DNA of 64,000 bases from Vitrella brassicaformis CCMP3155 (taxonomy: Eukaryota; Protista; Chromerida): contig CDMY01000311.1 in the NCBI GenBank assembly GCA_001179505.1, positions 1 through 64,000 of the forward strand. The letters are read 5' to 3'. Shown here one piece after another: positions 10,580 to 23,498 of this stretch (its first letter is position 1; each line of letters begins with the position of its first letter). A program made the translations under genes and the position numbers. Below the pieces are notes generated by a model. It was not told the origin of the DNA. It saw only the letters and a list, made by a program, of their open reading frames with translations, and did not search any database.

Positions 10580-13500
10580 TCACGCAATGCCGCCCGTGTC
10601 GCTTACCATTCCGCCAGAGGAAGGCCTCTCCCTCTTGACGCTACTGACCCTCTCAGACTTCACTCCATCACCACTTGGAGCCGAGGCTGGGGCCGGCGCT
10701 GAGGGCCTCTCGGCCGCACTACCACCACCACCACCATCTGCAGCAGCAGCAGATGAAGGCCCAGATGGCGCCCCACTGTGCTGACTCGCTGCCGCTGCAG
10801 GCGGGTAGAGAGGGGAGAACTTGGCCTGCAGCCTGGATGCCTCGTCTCGGTCGACGTTCGTCCAGTCGCCCCTCCGGCTGGCGGGCTGGCTCTCAGCGCC
10901 ACCACCAAACTTCTCCCCCTGAGCGGCCGACGCCACAGCCAGCAGCTCCTGCGCGCCTTCCGTCGTCCTCGGAACGATCTGCGGCTGCTGCTGCTGGCCG
11001 GGGATTGCCTCTGGCTTTGGCCGGGGATTGCCACCGTCTGGGAAGACGGAGACAGACAGGGGGCGGGGGAGGGGGTGGGGATGGGACGGCTTCTGGTGTA
11101 GTGGTGGTGGTGATGGTGATGCTGCCGGGGCCGCCCCAGCCGCAGCAGGCTCTTGTCTGTCGTCGCAACCGCCGACGCGGTGTCGAGCCTGTACCATGAT
11201 GACGTGGGGGTTGGGACTGGTGCTAGTCTCGGCGGTTGGTTTGTGGTCTTGGTCGTCAAAGTCTTTGAGGCGATCGGCTTCGTTCTCATCGTCTTGTGCC
11301 TGCTGCTGGTCTGGCTGCTGCTGAGATGGGGCGGCGTTGGTGTTATTGTTGGGTTTTCTCCGCTGTGCAATGGGCAGCATCAGCTCGAGCAGCGACATGC
11401 GCCACCGACCGAGGGCTGCGGGGAAGGGAGGGAACAGACAGACAGGGGAGAGAAAGAACACACGAGGCGATGGGGTGAGGTGAACAGGCATGCCGCGTGA
11501 CATTCATGACTTACCGTCGGTGCATATCTCTGCGAAGTTCTTTTGCGGCAGGGTGATGTCCAGGTCTCTGAGGCAGCACACACACACACACACACTCAGG
11601 AAGGAGGCCTACCTCGAGAGCGGTGTGCGTGAGTACCTACCTCAGTGCCCATAGCTCATATCCCTGCGGTTCCCTCCCATTGCCGTTCCTGCCGCCATTC
11701 CCATTCCCATTGCCTCCCCCATGATGCATCGCGTCACCTCCCTCGCCCTCCTCCTCACCGGCCTTGCCCCCACCACCGTTGCCATCCACCTCACCACCTC
11801 CTCCTGCTGCTGCTGCTGCTGCTGCTGCGGCAGCACTACCACCATCAGCCCCCGTAGGCGCCCCATCCTGTGCCTCCAGGCCGCTCGCGGCGGCCGGTGG
11901 CTCATCATCCCTCTCCTCTGTCTCCATCCCCTCCTCGTCTGCTGCACCGTCGTCCTGTCCTTGCTGCTGCTGTTGGTCTCTCTGCTCGGACGGTCCCGCC
12001 TCTTCTTCTTTTCCCTGCTGGTCGTTGAGCGTGGCGCTTGGCGGGGGAGGGGAGGGAGAGGGGATAGGCGTGGAGGCCATCCCCTGCGGGGGCGACTCGG
12101 AGGGTGGCGGGCCAGCCAGGCTGCTCATGCTCGCCACATCCTCGGTGGAAGATATCCGCTGGATGTAGTTGAAGTGAAATGTCCGCAGGAGCCCCAGCAA
12201 GCGACGGTGATTGGCGTGCGGCTGGTGACTCGTGGTGGTGCCTGCGCCTGTGCCTGTGCCTGCTGGTGGTGGGGTGGCGGCCGTGTCTGTGGCGCTGGCT
12301 GGGCCGCTGCTGCTGTCTCCCGTCTCGCTCGCACCAACGCCACTGGACTCAGAGAGATCCTTGCTGGCCGCAGGGGCCAGGGAGAGAGAGAGATCCACAG
12401 ACTCGACGGGCGACATTGGCGCACGGATGAGCAGATTCCTGAACGAACAGACAGATAATACAGTGGGTCGAGGGACGGCTTCGGCACACACACGTGAGTA
12501 CCCACCCGATTCCTGAGTCAATGGCTTTGGCGATGGCGCCCGCCATGAGGAATGAGCCGAGAGCCTGCCCCTCGACGGCAGCTATGATGATCTCCATCAG
12601 CCCCCATGTCGACGAGTGGGTGCGGGCCTCCTCCACACCTGGTGCACGCCCCTGCAGTGCACATGACATGCACACAACACAGACAGACACACGCGGGGTG
12701 CGTGCGCATTCAAGAGAGAGGGAGAGTGTGTGTGTGTGTGTGTGCGCGTGTGTGTGTGTGTACCTGCACGAGGCTCCAGCACGTGTGTTGTGCCTCCGGG
12801 CTGGAGTCGACAGTGCAGAAGCCGACGAGCGTGGAGGTGCCCTGGCTGAAGTTGAGCTGTTTGGCGGTGAGGACTACGATGGTGTTGTCACGGTTGTTCC
12901 TCCACTTGTCCAACACCTTGCGCGAGTACCACAGGGGCAGCCACGTGCTGCACCACACACGCGCGCAGATACGAACATGGTGCAGTCAGTCAATGCTTTC
13001 ATTTCATCTGTGTCTGCGTGTGTGTGTGCGTGTGTCGGAGTGACGTACGTGACATGTGGGAGGCCGCAGATCTGTTCGAGCATGGAGCGGATCTCTGACC
13101 TGTGCTGAGGAGTCACCGCCTCAGCCTGGATGGAAACACACACACACACACACACAGGATCGATCACACAAACAAACGTACACACACCGCACCGCCACTC
13201 TCACTCACGTCTCTCTCCGCTTTGTGTGAGTGTAGCGCTGCGTCAGTCAACCACATACTTACTTTGTCAATGGAGAGGTGGGTCTGCTGCACGAGGCTGT
13301 CCCTGAAGTGCTGGAACAGCGTCGGCTGCGCCGGCCGCGGCATCGAATGGTACCCGCCGATGCCGCGCTGGGACTGTGTCGACGGCCCCACACCACCACC
13401 CACACCTCCTACACCGCCCCTCGGCCGCTCCTTGCCTCCCTGGTGATGCCCAAGGCCGCCTGTTTGCGTCTTGCCTGTGGCATCCCCCTTGCCGCCGCCC

Positions 13501-14400
13501 ACCTGCAGCTGCTTGCCGGCCGACCCTGCCACCGATCCACTGCTGCTCCTGTCGTGGACGAGCATGCTGGAGGAGCTGGACGAGTTGCCGTCGCCTGCGG
13601 ACACGGCATTGGGTGGCGGGGGGATGACGGCCATGGGTGGTGCTGTTGCACCGGTGGGCGGCACGGTGAGGGATGGCGTGTGTGGTGGGGCGGGAGGAGC
13701 CATATGTGGTGGGCGGGGTGGCGGCCGATGCAGCACACGGTGGCGCGGCACCTGGGCTGACGACTGGCTGGACAGAAAGCCCTGCAGACCCAAACCGACA
13801 CCTATGGAAACACACGAGAGAGGGAGCGAGGGGAAAGGCCGACACAAATAGACAGACCTGGGCATGTCATGTGAGTGTGTCGGGTGAGGCAGGCAGGGAA
13901 GCAACCTTGATGCATCCATTGGGTTCACCTACGTACCTGTCATCATGACTGACATGCCCTCCTCCCCCTCCCGCTCGGCAGCCATCTCCACCGGCACAGC
14001 GGCCGCCGGAACAGCCACCACCTCACCGCCAACCTGCACAAATCATCCATCGGTCGATTGTAAGTAACGAACACGGCACGGCACACACGAGCCACCCACA
14101 CCACACCACACACGCCCTCCTTCCACGCCTCTGACGGCCCGTCTGTCTGTCTGTCTGTCTGTCAGTCTGTCTGCCGCCTTACGTACGTGCGGTTGTGTGT
14201 GTGGCGTGGGGTGAGGTGGCACGGCAGGCGGAGGAACCATCGGCTGGGAATCCATAGGTACCGCTGCCTGCCTATGGATGCGCAACACACACCACCTGCA
14301 GCGCACGAGCAGCAGAAGCAAACGATTGCATTGCATGCTGCATTTCCTTACCGACAGGTGTGTGTGTGTGGTGTGACTGGCGATGCTCGGTTGCTTGATG
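10580..14400 (-). CDS. Large low-complexity hypothetical protein with a possible GNAT acetyltransferase-like domain; 5' end uncertain
   Basis: Long GC3-rich exons (10580-11500, 11637-12450, 13280-13780). Globular exons at 12510-13160 read LVGFCTV..MEIIIAAVEGQALGSFLMAGAIAKAIDSGIGNLLIRA. Confidence 0.6.
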
Positions 14401-14789
14401 TCAACGCAGGATGGCACTCAGTGCATATGCTGAGTCACTCCTGACGCCTCAGCTAACGAGCACGGCCGACGAAGACGCAAGTCGAAAGCAAACCGAAAGC
14501 ACAGCACAGCTTGGCTGTCACACAGAGAAAGCATCATGACGACGTCACTGAGGCCCTCTTCAACCACCAAACCTCGGGATTTGCTCCTTTGTTGTTATTT
14601 GCGAGCTTTCGACCGGTAAGCTCGCAATTTCTTCCCAGCGTGTTCGCCCTAGCCGTCTGTTCGCCTTGGGGCGACAGGCCTATCCTCCATATTTGAGAAG
14701 CAGCGTCAGTTTTCGAGGCGAGTTTGGCGGTACCAGAATCAAGCTGTAGAAGACTCTGACGACGCTTAGGCCATCTGCCGCCATACATC

Positions 14790-17682
14790 ATGCCGAGGTA
14801 CGCACACACGAACAGCACAGCAGCAGGCTTCCCAGATGCACACCGCACTCGCCGCTCATGCACTCATCCCGCGAGAGACGTCCATCTATCTCGCTTCACT
14901 TCCCATACATCCCACTTGCGTGCCTGTGCCACATGTGTGTTGTGATGGATGCCATTCTGTCCGTCCAGGGAGCGCTCAGATTCCCGTGAGCGTCGTGGTC
15001 GGGACAGAGATAGGGAGAGAGACCGGCGCTCGCGGTCGCCGCGCGATCGCGATGACTACCACGGCCGACGTGGAGGAAGGGATCGAGACTACAGAGACCG
15101 TGACCGCGATAGGGACCGTGGCGGGGACAGGGACAGGGAGAGGGAGAGGGGTAGGGACAGGGACGACCGCAGGAGCGACTCGAAGCAGCGCCGCAGCAGG
15201 GACGACATCAGCGCATCCAGAGAGAGGTGAGGGTCAGAGAGGCACGCAGGGAGGTCTGTGGAGGCGAGAAGGGTTTCTAGTGTGGTGTGGTCGTCTGTGT
15301 GTGGGTCGGTCCGTCTGGCAGGTCTCGCGAGCGTGAGCGGCAGCGCCGAAGAGCACAGCAGAGGTGAATTAATGGCACTGGCACACACGCAGACAGACAG
15401 AGGGGTGGGGGCAGGACAGACAGGCGAAGGAAGGGAGTCAGCAATGGCTCCCTCCGATCCACTTCACGCATGTGAGTGATATAGCGTCCGTCCGTCGATA
15501 CTTTAAATGTCAGTTGGCCGCTATCCAACACGTGAAGGAAGTGGTCAAACGGGGGAGGGAGGGAAGCCCACATCTGATCTATCTATCTGCCGTCTGTCTC
15601 ATCTGTCCTGTCCTGTCCATGTGTGTGCGTGTCCTTGCTGTAATTACTATGGATGCCATGCATGACACACGTTGTGCACTCACTGCAGGTGCATGGCCCG
15701 TACGGCGCACACCAACACCAAGAACGAGCTGTTCTGGGACGGATTCCAGTGGGTCGCCAAGACTTCCAAACTCACACCCACACTGTCAGTGTGTCAGACA
15801 CACACACATACCATCATGGATGGGCACACACAGCACAGAGAGAGAGGAGGGAGTTCTTCGTTGATTGATGTGCCTGTGTGTGTTTTCATGTGTGTGTGTG
15901 TCAGTGCGTGTGGGACGACCACACAGCAGCAGCTGCACTCGACACGCAAGGGGCGACGGCTCTACATCGGTACTTCACCCACCCACACCACATACATGCC
16001 ACACGCCAGCCGCGCCTCACTCGCAGGGCAGGTGCCCGTCTTTCGTCTCCATGCCTTATGTGTCTTTCTGTCATGGGTGCGGCGCGGTGCGCTCATTCAC
16101 TCATGCCATGCCACGCAGGCAATTTGCCTCTGCACCTGGGGCTGACCGAGGCGGCCTTCCAGGTGGCCTTCGTGGAGGAAATGAAACGACGGCAACTCAT
16201 GGGGCAAAACGACGACAGTAAGCACAGACACAGACAGAGGGAGAGAGAGAGAGAGCGTATTATGTGGTGGGTGGCTGTGTTGACTTGCGTTGCAGACCCG
16301 GTGCTGTGTGTGTGGTTTGCCCGCGAGAAGGGAAACAACTACGGATTCATCGAATTCGGTACGCGGCCGCGGCCGGCCGGCTGCACACCCATACACACAC
16401 TCGCAGGCGCTAAGTCCATCCATCCATCGACTGGTGCGTTTGTATCTTCCTGTCTGTCTGTGTCGTGTCAGCGTCTGTGGAGGATGCTGACAAGTCGATG
16501 GCGCTGGACGGTTTCCTCTGCATGGGCACGCCCATACGCATCTCCAGACCTAACGACTACACACAGACGCAACAACCCTCAGAGGCGTAAGCAAAACGGC
16601 TGACCTCACCTGCACACTGCAGGAAGGGCCATACACCCGCATCGACCGACTAGCATCTGATATGTGTGTGTGTGTGTGTGTGTGTGTGGATTCTTTTAGT
16701 GCATCGAATGCGTTGGGTGTCCTGGCCCAGCTGTCAGCCCAGCAGCTGCAGCAGCGGGGTGGCGTAGCGGCCTCTGGAACAGACCTGCAGGGCCTCGCCG
16801 CCGCCATACCGGCGGCGGTAAGCATGAGCAGACCAAGGAAAGAGAGACGTCGCCCCACCTGCCCTGCATGTTTGTGCGTGTGGTGATGTTGGCGGCATGA
16901 TGGATGGTCAGGGCGGTGGTGTGGCGGCGGCGGTGTTGGGTGCGGGCCCCTTGGCGGGCACGACGCCGTACATCAAGATCAACAGGGTGGTCAACGAGGA
17001 GGAGATTGAGGACCCTGACGAGTATGACGATATTCTCAGCGACATGAAAGACGGTATGTATGCTTCCATCCATCCATCCATGCATCTGTGTGTGTGCATG
17101 TGTGTGTGTGGTGTGCGTTGGCTCGGCTCTTCATTGACTGCATTGCAGGGTGCGGGACGCATGGCAGTGTCCAGAACGCCATCATCATCACACCGCAACT
17201 CAAGGTAGGTGACTGACACCTGCAATCAATATGCCAGCACAACACACACGAGAAGGATGCACTCACTGCACCGGTCCCCATCCCATCTGTGTGTCTGTCT
17301 GTGTGTGCGCGTGTCAGCAACGTGTGGGTGCGCTGGCTGCGCCCTTTTCGGCCGGCGACGTTTTGCTTCAGATGAGTTCACCCGAAGAGGCACTCAACAC
17401 ACTTGCAAGTGAGAATGAATATGGTATTTCATATGGACACGCAAACATCCAACAGCCACGTCGACCATCTGCCTGTTTGTTTGTTTGGTGTGGGTGGCGG
17501 CAGAGATGAGCGGCCGCAAGTACGACAACCGCGCGATAGCCATGATGCTCTTCGACCCGACCGACTGGGCCATGCACGTCGAGCCCATGATCGCCGCAGC
17601 AAAGGCCACAGCCGCAGCCAGCACCAACGGTGCATCCCCAAGCAACAACGGGGTGCCGCCGCCTCCACCCATTGCCGCGTGA
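14790..17682 (+). CDS. U2AF large subunit (U2AF65)-like splicing factor: RS domain, FWDGFQW motif, one RRM, C-terminal UHM
   Basis: ATGCCGAG|gtacgc start exon; RS/RD repeats at 14970-15230; RRLYIG|NLP..GNNYGFIEF..IRISRPNDY (RRM1); EEIEDPDEYDDILSDMKD..MSGRKYDNR (UHM). Confidence 0.85.
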
Positions 17683-18516
17683 CTGATTGATTCAAGGGGC
17701 AATTAGCGAAGCGAGTGACGTGACGCATGTACTCTCAGGTAGAAGAATGACATAGATGAGCGATTGATTGGAGAGCCGATTGATTTGGTTGATCGGCTGG
17801 CTGGCCAGGGGGGAGGACTGATTGTATGTAGAGTGCACTGCACGTGTGTCAGCGGAGCGTGGCTTAGTTAGTGATCGATGTGACGGACTGGCGACAGTGG
17901 GTGCATATGTGCGTGCACAAGTACGTTGATGCTTGACTGAATGGATGACTCTCATCGTCCGTGCGAGGCGAGTATGGGAGCGAACAAACATACATAGCGG
18001 CAGAGGTCTCAGCCAAGACAGAGATACAGTCGGTGTCGGCCTGTCCTGCGGTGGCACCACTTCCGTCAACCGCACCGTCGAGGCGGGCGACGAGAGTGAT
18101 CGGCAGCGAGGCACGAAGACACAGACTGCATCTCTCCACCAGGCACGCAACGCAGATCCCATCCATCCATCCATCCCACGGTCGCATGCTGTCTGCCTTG
18201 CCCCTCTGTCTGTCTGATTGAGTCGGTGGTCTTCAGGTGTCGGCATCGATGGCCCACTGAATGCACCACTGACAATGCATCCAGTGCACCATCAATCCGG
18301 ACCCATGAGAACACAAACCACATCAGACAGACAGACACGAGGCGGAGGCGTCAGTCAACTTGACTCCATCCATTTCATCCATTCACATTAATACCCATCC
18401 GCGTAAGTACGTACGTCCCATTCACTCAGTCGCTCGCTTACTCAGGGCGAAAAAGCCTCGCTCGCTTCTCCGAACCACCGAAAAACATTCACACGACCAG
18501 TGACTCACTCGAAGCC

Positions 18517-19083
18517 TCATTCCTGCTTGATGGCAGTGTTAGTGTCGGTCTTGGGCTTCTTGAGGGGCAGGACGTCGCTGTCGTCATCCTTCACGCTCAC
18601 GCCACCACCACCAGCAGGATCTCCATCTCTATCACCATTCGCCGCCACCTTGTTGTCCTCAGCCATCTTGTCGCCGCCGCCACCACCACCATCAGCAGTC
18701 TCCTTGGCAGCCGCGCCACCCTGTTTCTGCTCGTCCGCCATCTTGTCCTTCGAGTCATCCGCACCACCAGTTGTGCCCTCCCCTGCACCTCTGCCACCCT
18801 CCTCCTTCACTTCCCGAGCCTCGACAGCCTTGCGTTTGTGCGGGAGGGCGCCTGGCGGTCTGGCACGCTCCCGTCGCTCTCGTGGCGGCGGGATGGGGTC
18901 CCGAGGAGGCGATTCGTCGTCCTGTTCGTGAGCGCCGGGCACGAGGTCGGGTATGACGGCCTGGTAGGCTGGTCCGACGCGGATGCGGGTGTTGCGGGCC
19001 GTCATCCATTGCTTGTGGGGGCGGGGAGGGGCGGGGTAGTTGATGTCATGAGTGGACGTGTCTGATTTGTCCAGAGGATCCAT
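18517..19083 (-). CDS. Single-exon hypothetical protein with an ELM2-like N-terminal motif
   Basis: 188-aa ORF containing TRIRVGPAYQAVIPDL (ELM2 consensus IRVGxxYQAxIP) and a basic KKPK C-terminus. Confidence 0.7.
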   Translation of the reverse strand: MDPLDKSDTSTHDINYPAPPRPHKQWMTARNTRIRVGPAYQAVIPDLVPGAHEQDDESPPRDPIPPPRERRERARPPGALPHKRKAVEAREVKEEGGRGAGEGTTGGADDSKDKMADEQKQGGAAAKETADGGGGGGDKMAEDNKVAANGDRDGDPAGGGGVSVKDDDSDVLPLKKPKTDTNTAIKQE

Positions 19084-19362
19084 CCCAAAGGCTATCTGGA
19101 GCTGCCAAAGTGCGTCCTGAAAGCCAAGTTTTACGGGAGCCTCATTTCCCTAACTCCCCGGAGAAGGAAGAAGAAAGAGGTGAAGCAGAGCAAGTAGCGC
19201 GTGTTGCGTCTGCTGCATTAACTATTTGCGAGAAGGACGGCGGATGCGTGGAGGAGGGCGCGAGCGCTTCGTTCGGCTGATCTGAGGGATCTGGCGACAG
19301 GAGTTTGCTCTCAGCAGATCCACCACTGACTGCGTCAGCAGTGGCGTCCCAGCCCACCGAGG

Positions 19363-20235
19363 ATGATGCACTATGTGCGCGTTGCGTCGCTCACCTTGCG
19401 TCGGTGGTCTGTGAGGGGTGCCGTGGCCTTTGTCGGCCTGGGAGTGGCGCAGGGATACTGGCTCAGGAAGACTTACAGAGGGTACGGTACACGCGCACGG
19501 TGATTAAAACATTGGCAGCTGGCAGGCAGGCAAACAATCAGGCAGTCATGCATGTGTGTGTGTGTGTGTGTGTTTGTGAGTCAGGCTGCCGGCTCCCCTT
19601 GGTCCGACTGAGGGTCGCGAGACGTGGGAGTCGGAGCCCGTCCCCCCGCTCCCCGAGGTGCCATCCGATGCAGCCACCACCACCCCGTCCCCTTCCTCCC
19701 CGCCACCCGCCCCGCCACACCACTGGACGGCATCCATCAGCACCAAAATCGACCAGGCACTGCACAGATGGCAGTGGCGAGAGGGGACATCAGCATCAGC
19801 GCCCCACCACGAGCACGCTCATGCGGTGGTTGGGCAGTGGCACAGGGCGGGGGGGCATGCGCATGATGGGGCGGGTCGTGTTGGTGTTGGGGCGGGCAAG
19901 AAGAGGATACTCTTTGTCGGCGACTCGCTCGTCACGGGGGTTGGCTGTGAACCTGAGAGGTACCTGAGCAAGGAAGGAGCTGAGGGAGGACAACTGCGCC
20001 GCGATCGTGGTAGATGGCTTCGTGTTTGTTGTTTGTCTCTGTGTGTGTGTGTGTGTGTGTTGGTTATGCAGGCGTGAGGGTCCGATGCTGCCTCGCGCGG
20101 TGAGTCGGTTTTTGGCTCACAGGTTGAAGACCGAGGTGGAGTGGAAGGCGCTCGGGTACATCGGTGGAGACACCAAAGCGCTTCATAGGGTAACCCGACG
20201 CATCCTTCATCCTTCCAAGCAGCGTCTCTGTATGG

Positions 20236-20267
<32 letters not shown>

Positions 20268-21295
20268 ATGTGTGTGTGTGTGTGTGTCAGAATCTGGTGC
20301 CCAAGATCCAGGCTGAGGTGGCCCAGGAGAGGGTCGACATAGTGGTGCTCATCTGCGGCCTCAACGACTTCAAGAAAATCATCACCGACTTCAGGGGCGC
20401 CAAGGCTTTTCGCGACGACCTGGGCGACCTGGTGCGGGCGGTGCGCCAGACGGTGGGCGACGAGTGCGAGATCTTCCTGCCCTTCCTGCCGGTGGAGTTC
20501 TGCGGCGCCTTCCGCGTCAAGCCGCTGTACTACTTCATCATGCTGCTGATGGACCGCTGGGACTCACAGAAAAGGGCCGTGGCCGACTCCAACGACTACG
20601 GCAAGGTCGACGTGGTCGGAAAGCCGCCTGGGTGAGCTTAGCGACACACACACACCTCTTCACACACAGAGGGGTTGGTAAGGTGCCTGCCTGGGTCATT
20701 GTTGCATCGTGTTGGGTGTCTGTGTGTCTCTTTGTGCAGTTTCTTGGCTCACGTGCCCGGTTTGACGGCTCCCGACGGTGTGCACCCGTCCGACCTCGGC
20801 TATCGCGCCTGGGGCGAGCACATCGGCAAGTACCTCGCCGCCAAGCTCGAGCAAGCACGCGACCATCTGCCCCATCCCCACCACCCCCACCCCCCGCAAC
20901 AAACGCCCCTGTCTGCACCCGCCACACATCATGAGACATCGACGGCCGTCATCGGAGAGCATACACCCGGTGCACCAGAGAGATCGGCACCGAGTGACCA
21001 TGACCAGCCTGCTCCTGTGCCCGCGAAGAGCAGAGGCCAGACCGACGGGCCGAGGGAGCCTGTGGCGGTCAACGAGAAGGCGGCGAGGCTGCTGTCTCTG
21101 TTTGATGGGCGGGGAGGGCCGCTGTCGCCCTCGCTGGTGCGGAGCCAGCAGCCGCAGCGGATAACGGAGGGCGGTGGTGGTGCGAGGGCCAGGCTGGCTG
21201 GTGGTGCTGGAGGAGATGAGGGGGTTGAGGGAGAGGGAGAGGAGGGGGGAGATAGGAGGGGCGTGTATGTGGATAGGGAGGCCATTGTCAAGTGA
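19363..21295 (+). CDS. SGNH/GDSL hydrolase (lipase/esterase) with a hydrophobic N-terminal segment
   Basis: Block I ILFVGDSLVTGVG, block II GYIGGDT, block III ICGLND, block V DGVHPSDLGY; GT-AG introns join these blocks. Confidence 0.9.
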
Positions 21296-21599
21296 GAGTG
21301 AGAGCGAGGGGCGCCGATCAATGAAGAGAGAGAGAGATGAGAGGTGTAATGGAGGAGCCCTTTGGGCCTTTTGTCTTTCGTACCCTGTTGCTGGTGTTTC
21401 GGCGGGGGATTCAGCTTCCGGTCGGCGACGTCCGCTGCGTTGTGTGTGACATCACAACGAAGCAGACGTCGCCGAGGAGGGGCTCAATCCATCGCCGATG
21501 TGCCGCAACCATCGCACTGATTCGACGACAGCTGGATGATACGGATGCGTCAGTGAAATGGATGGATGGACGGAAAGAGGCAGTGCAGTGCGCGTGGGG

Positions 21600-22102
21600 T
21601 GGTGACGCTCATTTCGGTCAAAATACATAATGTGACCATTATTATAATACACACACGGATGGCACCACCGGCAAGTCATCTCACCCACACAGAGAGCTGA
21701 CCGACTCGGCCATTTCTCGGCGACGGTGCAGTGCATCATGATCACCAGAGAGACAGCGAGATAGTGACCCGTCGATAGGGCGACTAGCTTTCTCAGCTCC
21801 TTCATCATCTTGATGCACTCGCTCCGCCACCACACAATCAGGCTGACGTAAATGCTGCACATATCATCAGACAGAGAGACCCGCTCGCACTGTCTCGCAG
21901 CAGCTGCAGGGCCGCAGCGTCAGTCTCTCCGTGGTTGATACTGCAACACACACACACACACACGCACGCAACACAAGGACCGGTAGACAAGCAAACAGGG
22001 TGCCTCGGTGCTGCTGGTGCGTGCGCTTCCGACCTTGAAGGTCTCGAGCAAAGGCAGCAGCCTGGCATACACGTACTCCAAGACGCGCAGACTCCTGCAC
22101 AT

Positions 22103-22140
<38 letters not shown>

Positions 22141-23498
22141 GTATATATATGGCGCCATGTTGCGCGTCTCTGTCTCTGGATGACTGCCTCACTTAGCGCC
22201 GAGTACGCTGGTTTTGCCCGAGTGGAATACGGTGACAGTGATGTTGGCATCCTTCTGCTGGTCGTCGGGGCCCTTGATCTCGTCAGGCACCGGCACCATC
22301 ACCTGCGCACCTGACACACAAAACACACACACACAGGTACACGGACGGATGGCTGCTAGTGAGCTGGTCAGCCAGTCACCTGGAGAGCGTTCCAGGTCGT
22401 ACTTGATGGGGAAGGTGGTGTCTGCCAGCCCAGCCAGGACAGCAGCAGTCGCATTCATTGTGCATCTATCTGATCTGCCAAGGCTGTGATGGTGTGAGTG
22501 AGTGGTTCTTGGTCACCCACCTTTGGTGAGTTTGTTGATGTTGATTTCGAAGCCGGTGTAGTAGGTCGCCATCAGACCGCAGATCTGTTTGATCAAACAA
22601 GATCAGTCAGGCAGGCACACGCATATGTGCGCACAAACAGGTGTGTGTACCTGGAAGTTGTGGAACTTGACGTCATAGCCGAGGTGGACCTTGAGCCGGC
22701 GGGCAGCACGCCGCAGATTCAAACGGGCCGCATCTATCGACGGCGCACTCGTCAGCTGACACACACGTACACACACACACATACACGCAAGAACGACAGA
22801 ATCTGTCTGTCTGTCGGTCTGGCGATGTGTCTGGTGCTGTCACTCCCAGACAGACAGACGCCCACCTTCAGTCGCCCATTCTCGTACATCTCCACAATAG
22901 AAAAGGGGTCACGATACTCAACCCTGCACCAAAAAACACATGTACAAACACACGTGTCAAGAACAATACGGCTGAGCCCTGCCTGCGTCCATGGGCCCTC
23001 CGTCTGCACCTGACGTGGACCCTGCTGGGGTTGTCGGCCGGGTTGTAGTAGCTGTTGACGAAGCTGAGGGCCACTTTGTCGAGGTCCAGCACACAGCCCG
23101 TCAACGCCGCCGCTGACGTGTTGTGCACCATGATCTCGCCAACCTGACAGATCCAGGCAGATCACAGGCAGGTGAAGGTTGGAGTGCTCTGCCTGCCTTC
23201 TCGGTCGACGCGGCATCGTCCTGGAGGCCATTGTCACCGAACGCACCTTCTGCCTGCACAACACAACAACACACACAGGGACTGAGTTTTCTGGCGTTTG
23301 TCCTGCAGGAGTCTGTTTGCTGACCTTCCCACGCTTGCGCTTTGTCATCCTTTGCTCTTTTCCCTGGGAAAAAGCGAGCTTAGCAGGAGGTCCAGAGAGG
23401 AATGAGGATTGCATCCATGTGCCATGTGTGCGCGCGTGCGGAATGGCATCTTCCCCAGGTGTGCTTGATGGCCTGCAGTGCATGAAGAGTGGTTGCAC
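21600..23498 (-). CDS. Divergent TATA-binding protein (TBP)-like factor; ends approximate
   Basis: VHNTSAAALTGCVLDLDKVALSFVNSYYNP, RRAARRLKVHLGYDVKFHNF, VTVFHSGKTSVLGAK and EYVYARLLPLLETFK align to the two TBP core repeats. Confidence 0.8.

Noticed and set aside
11721-12458. 245-aa plus-strand ORF with polyCys/polyLeu
   Set aside because: Reverse-frame shadow of (GCA)n repeats in the minus-strand gene
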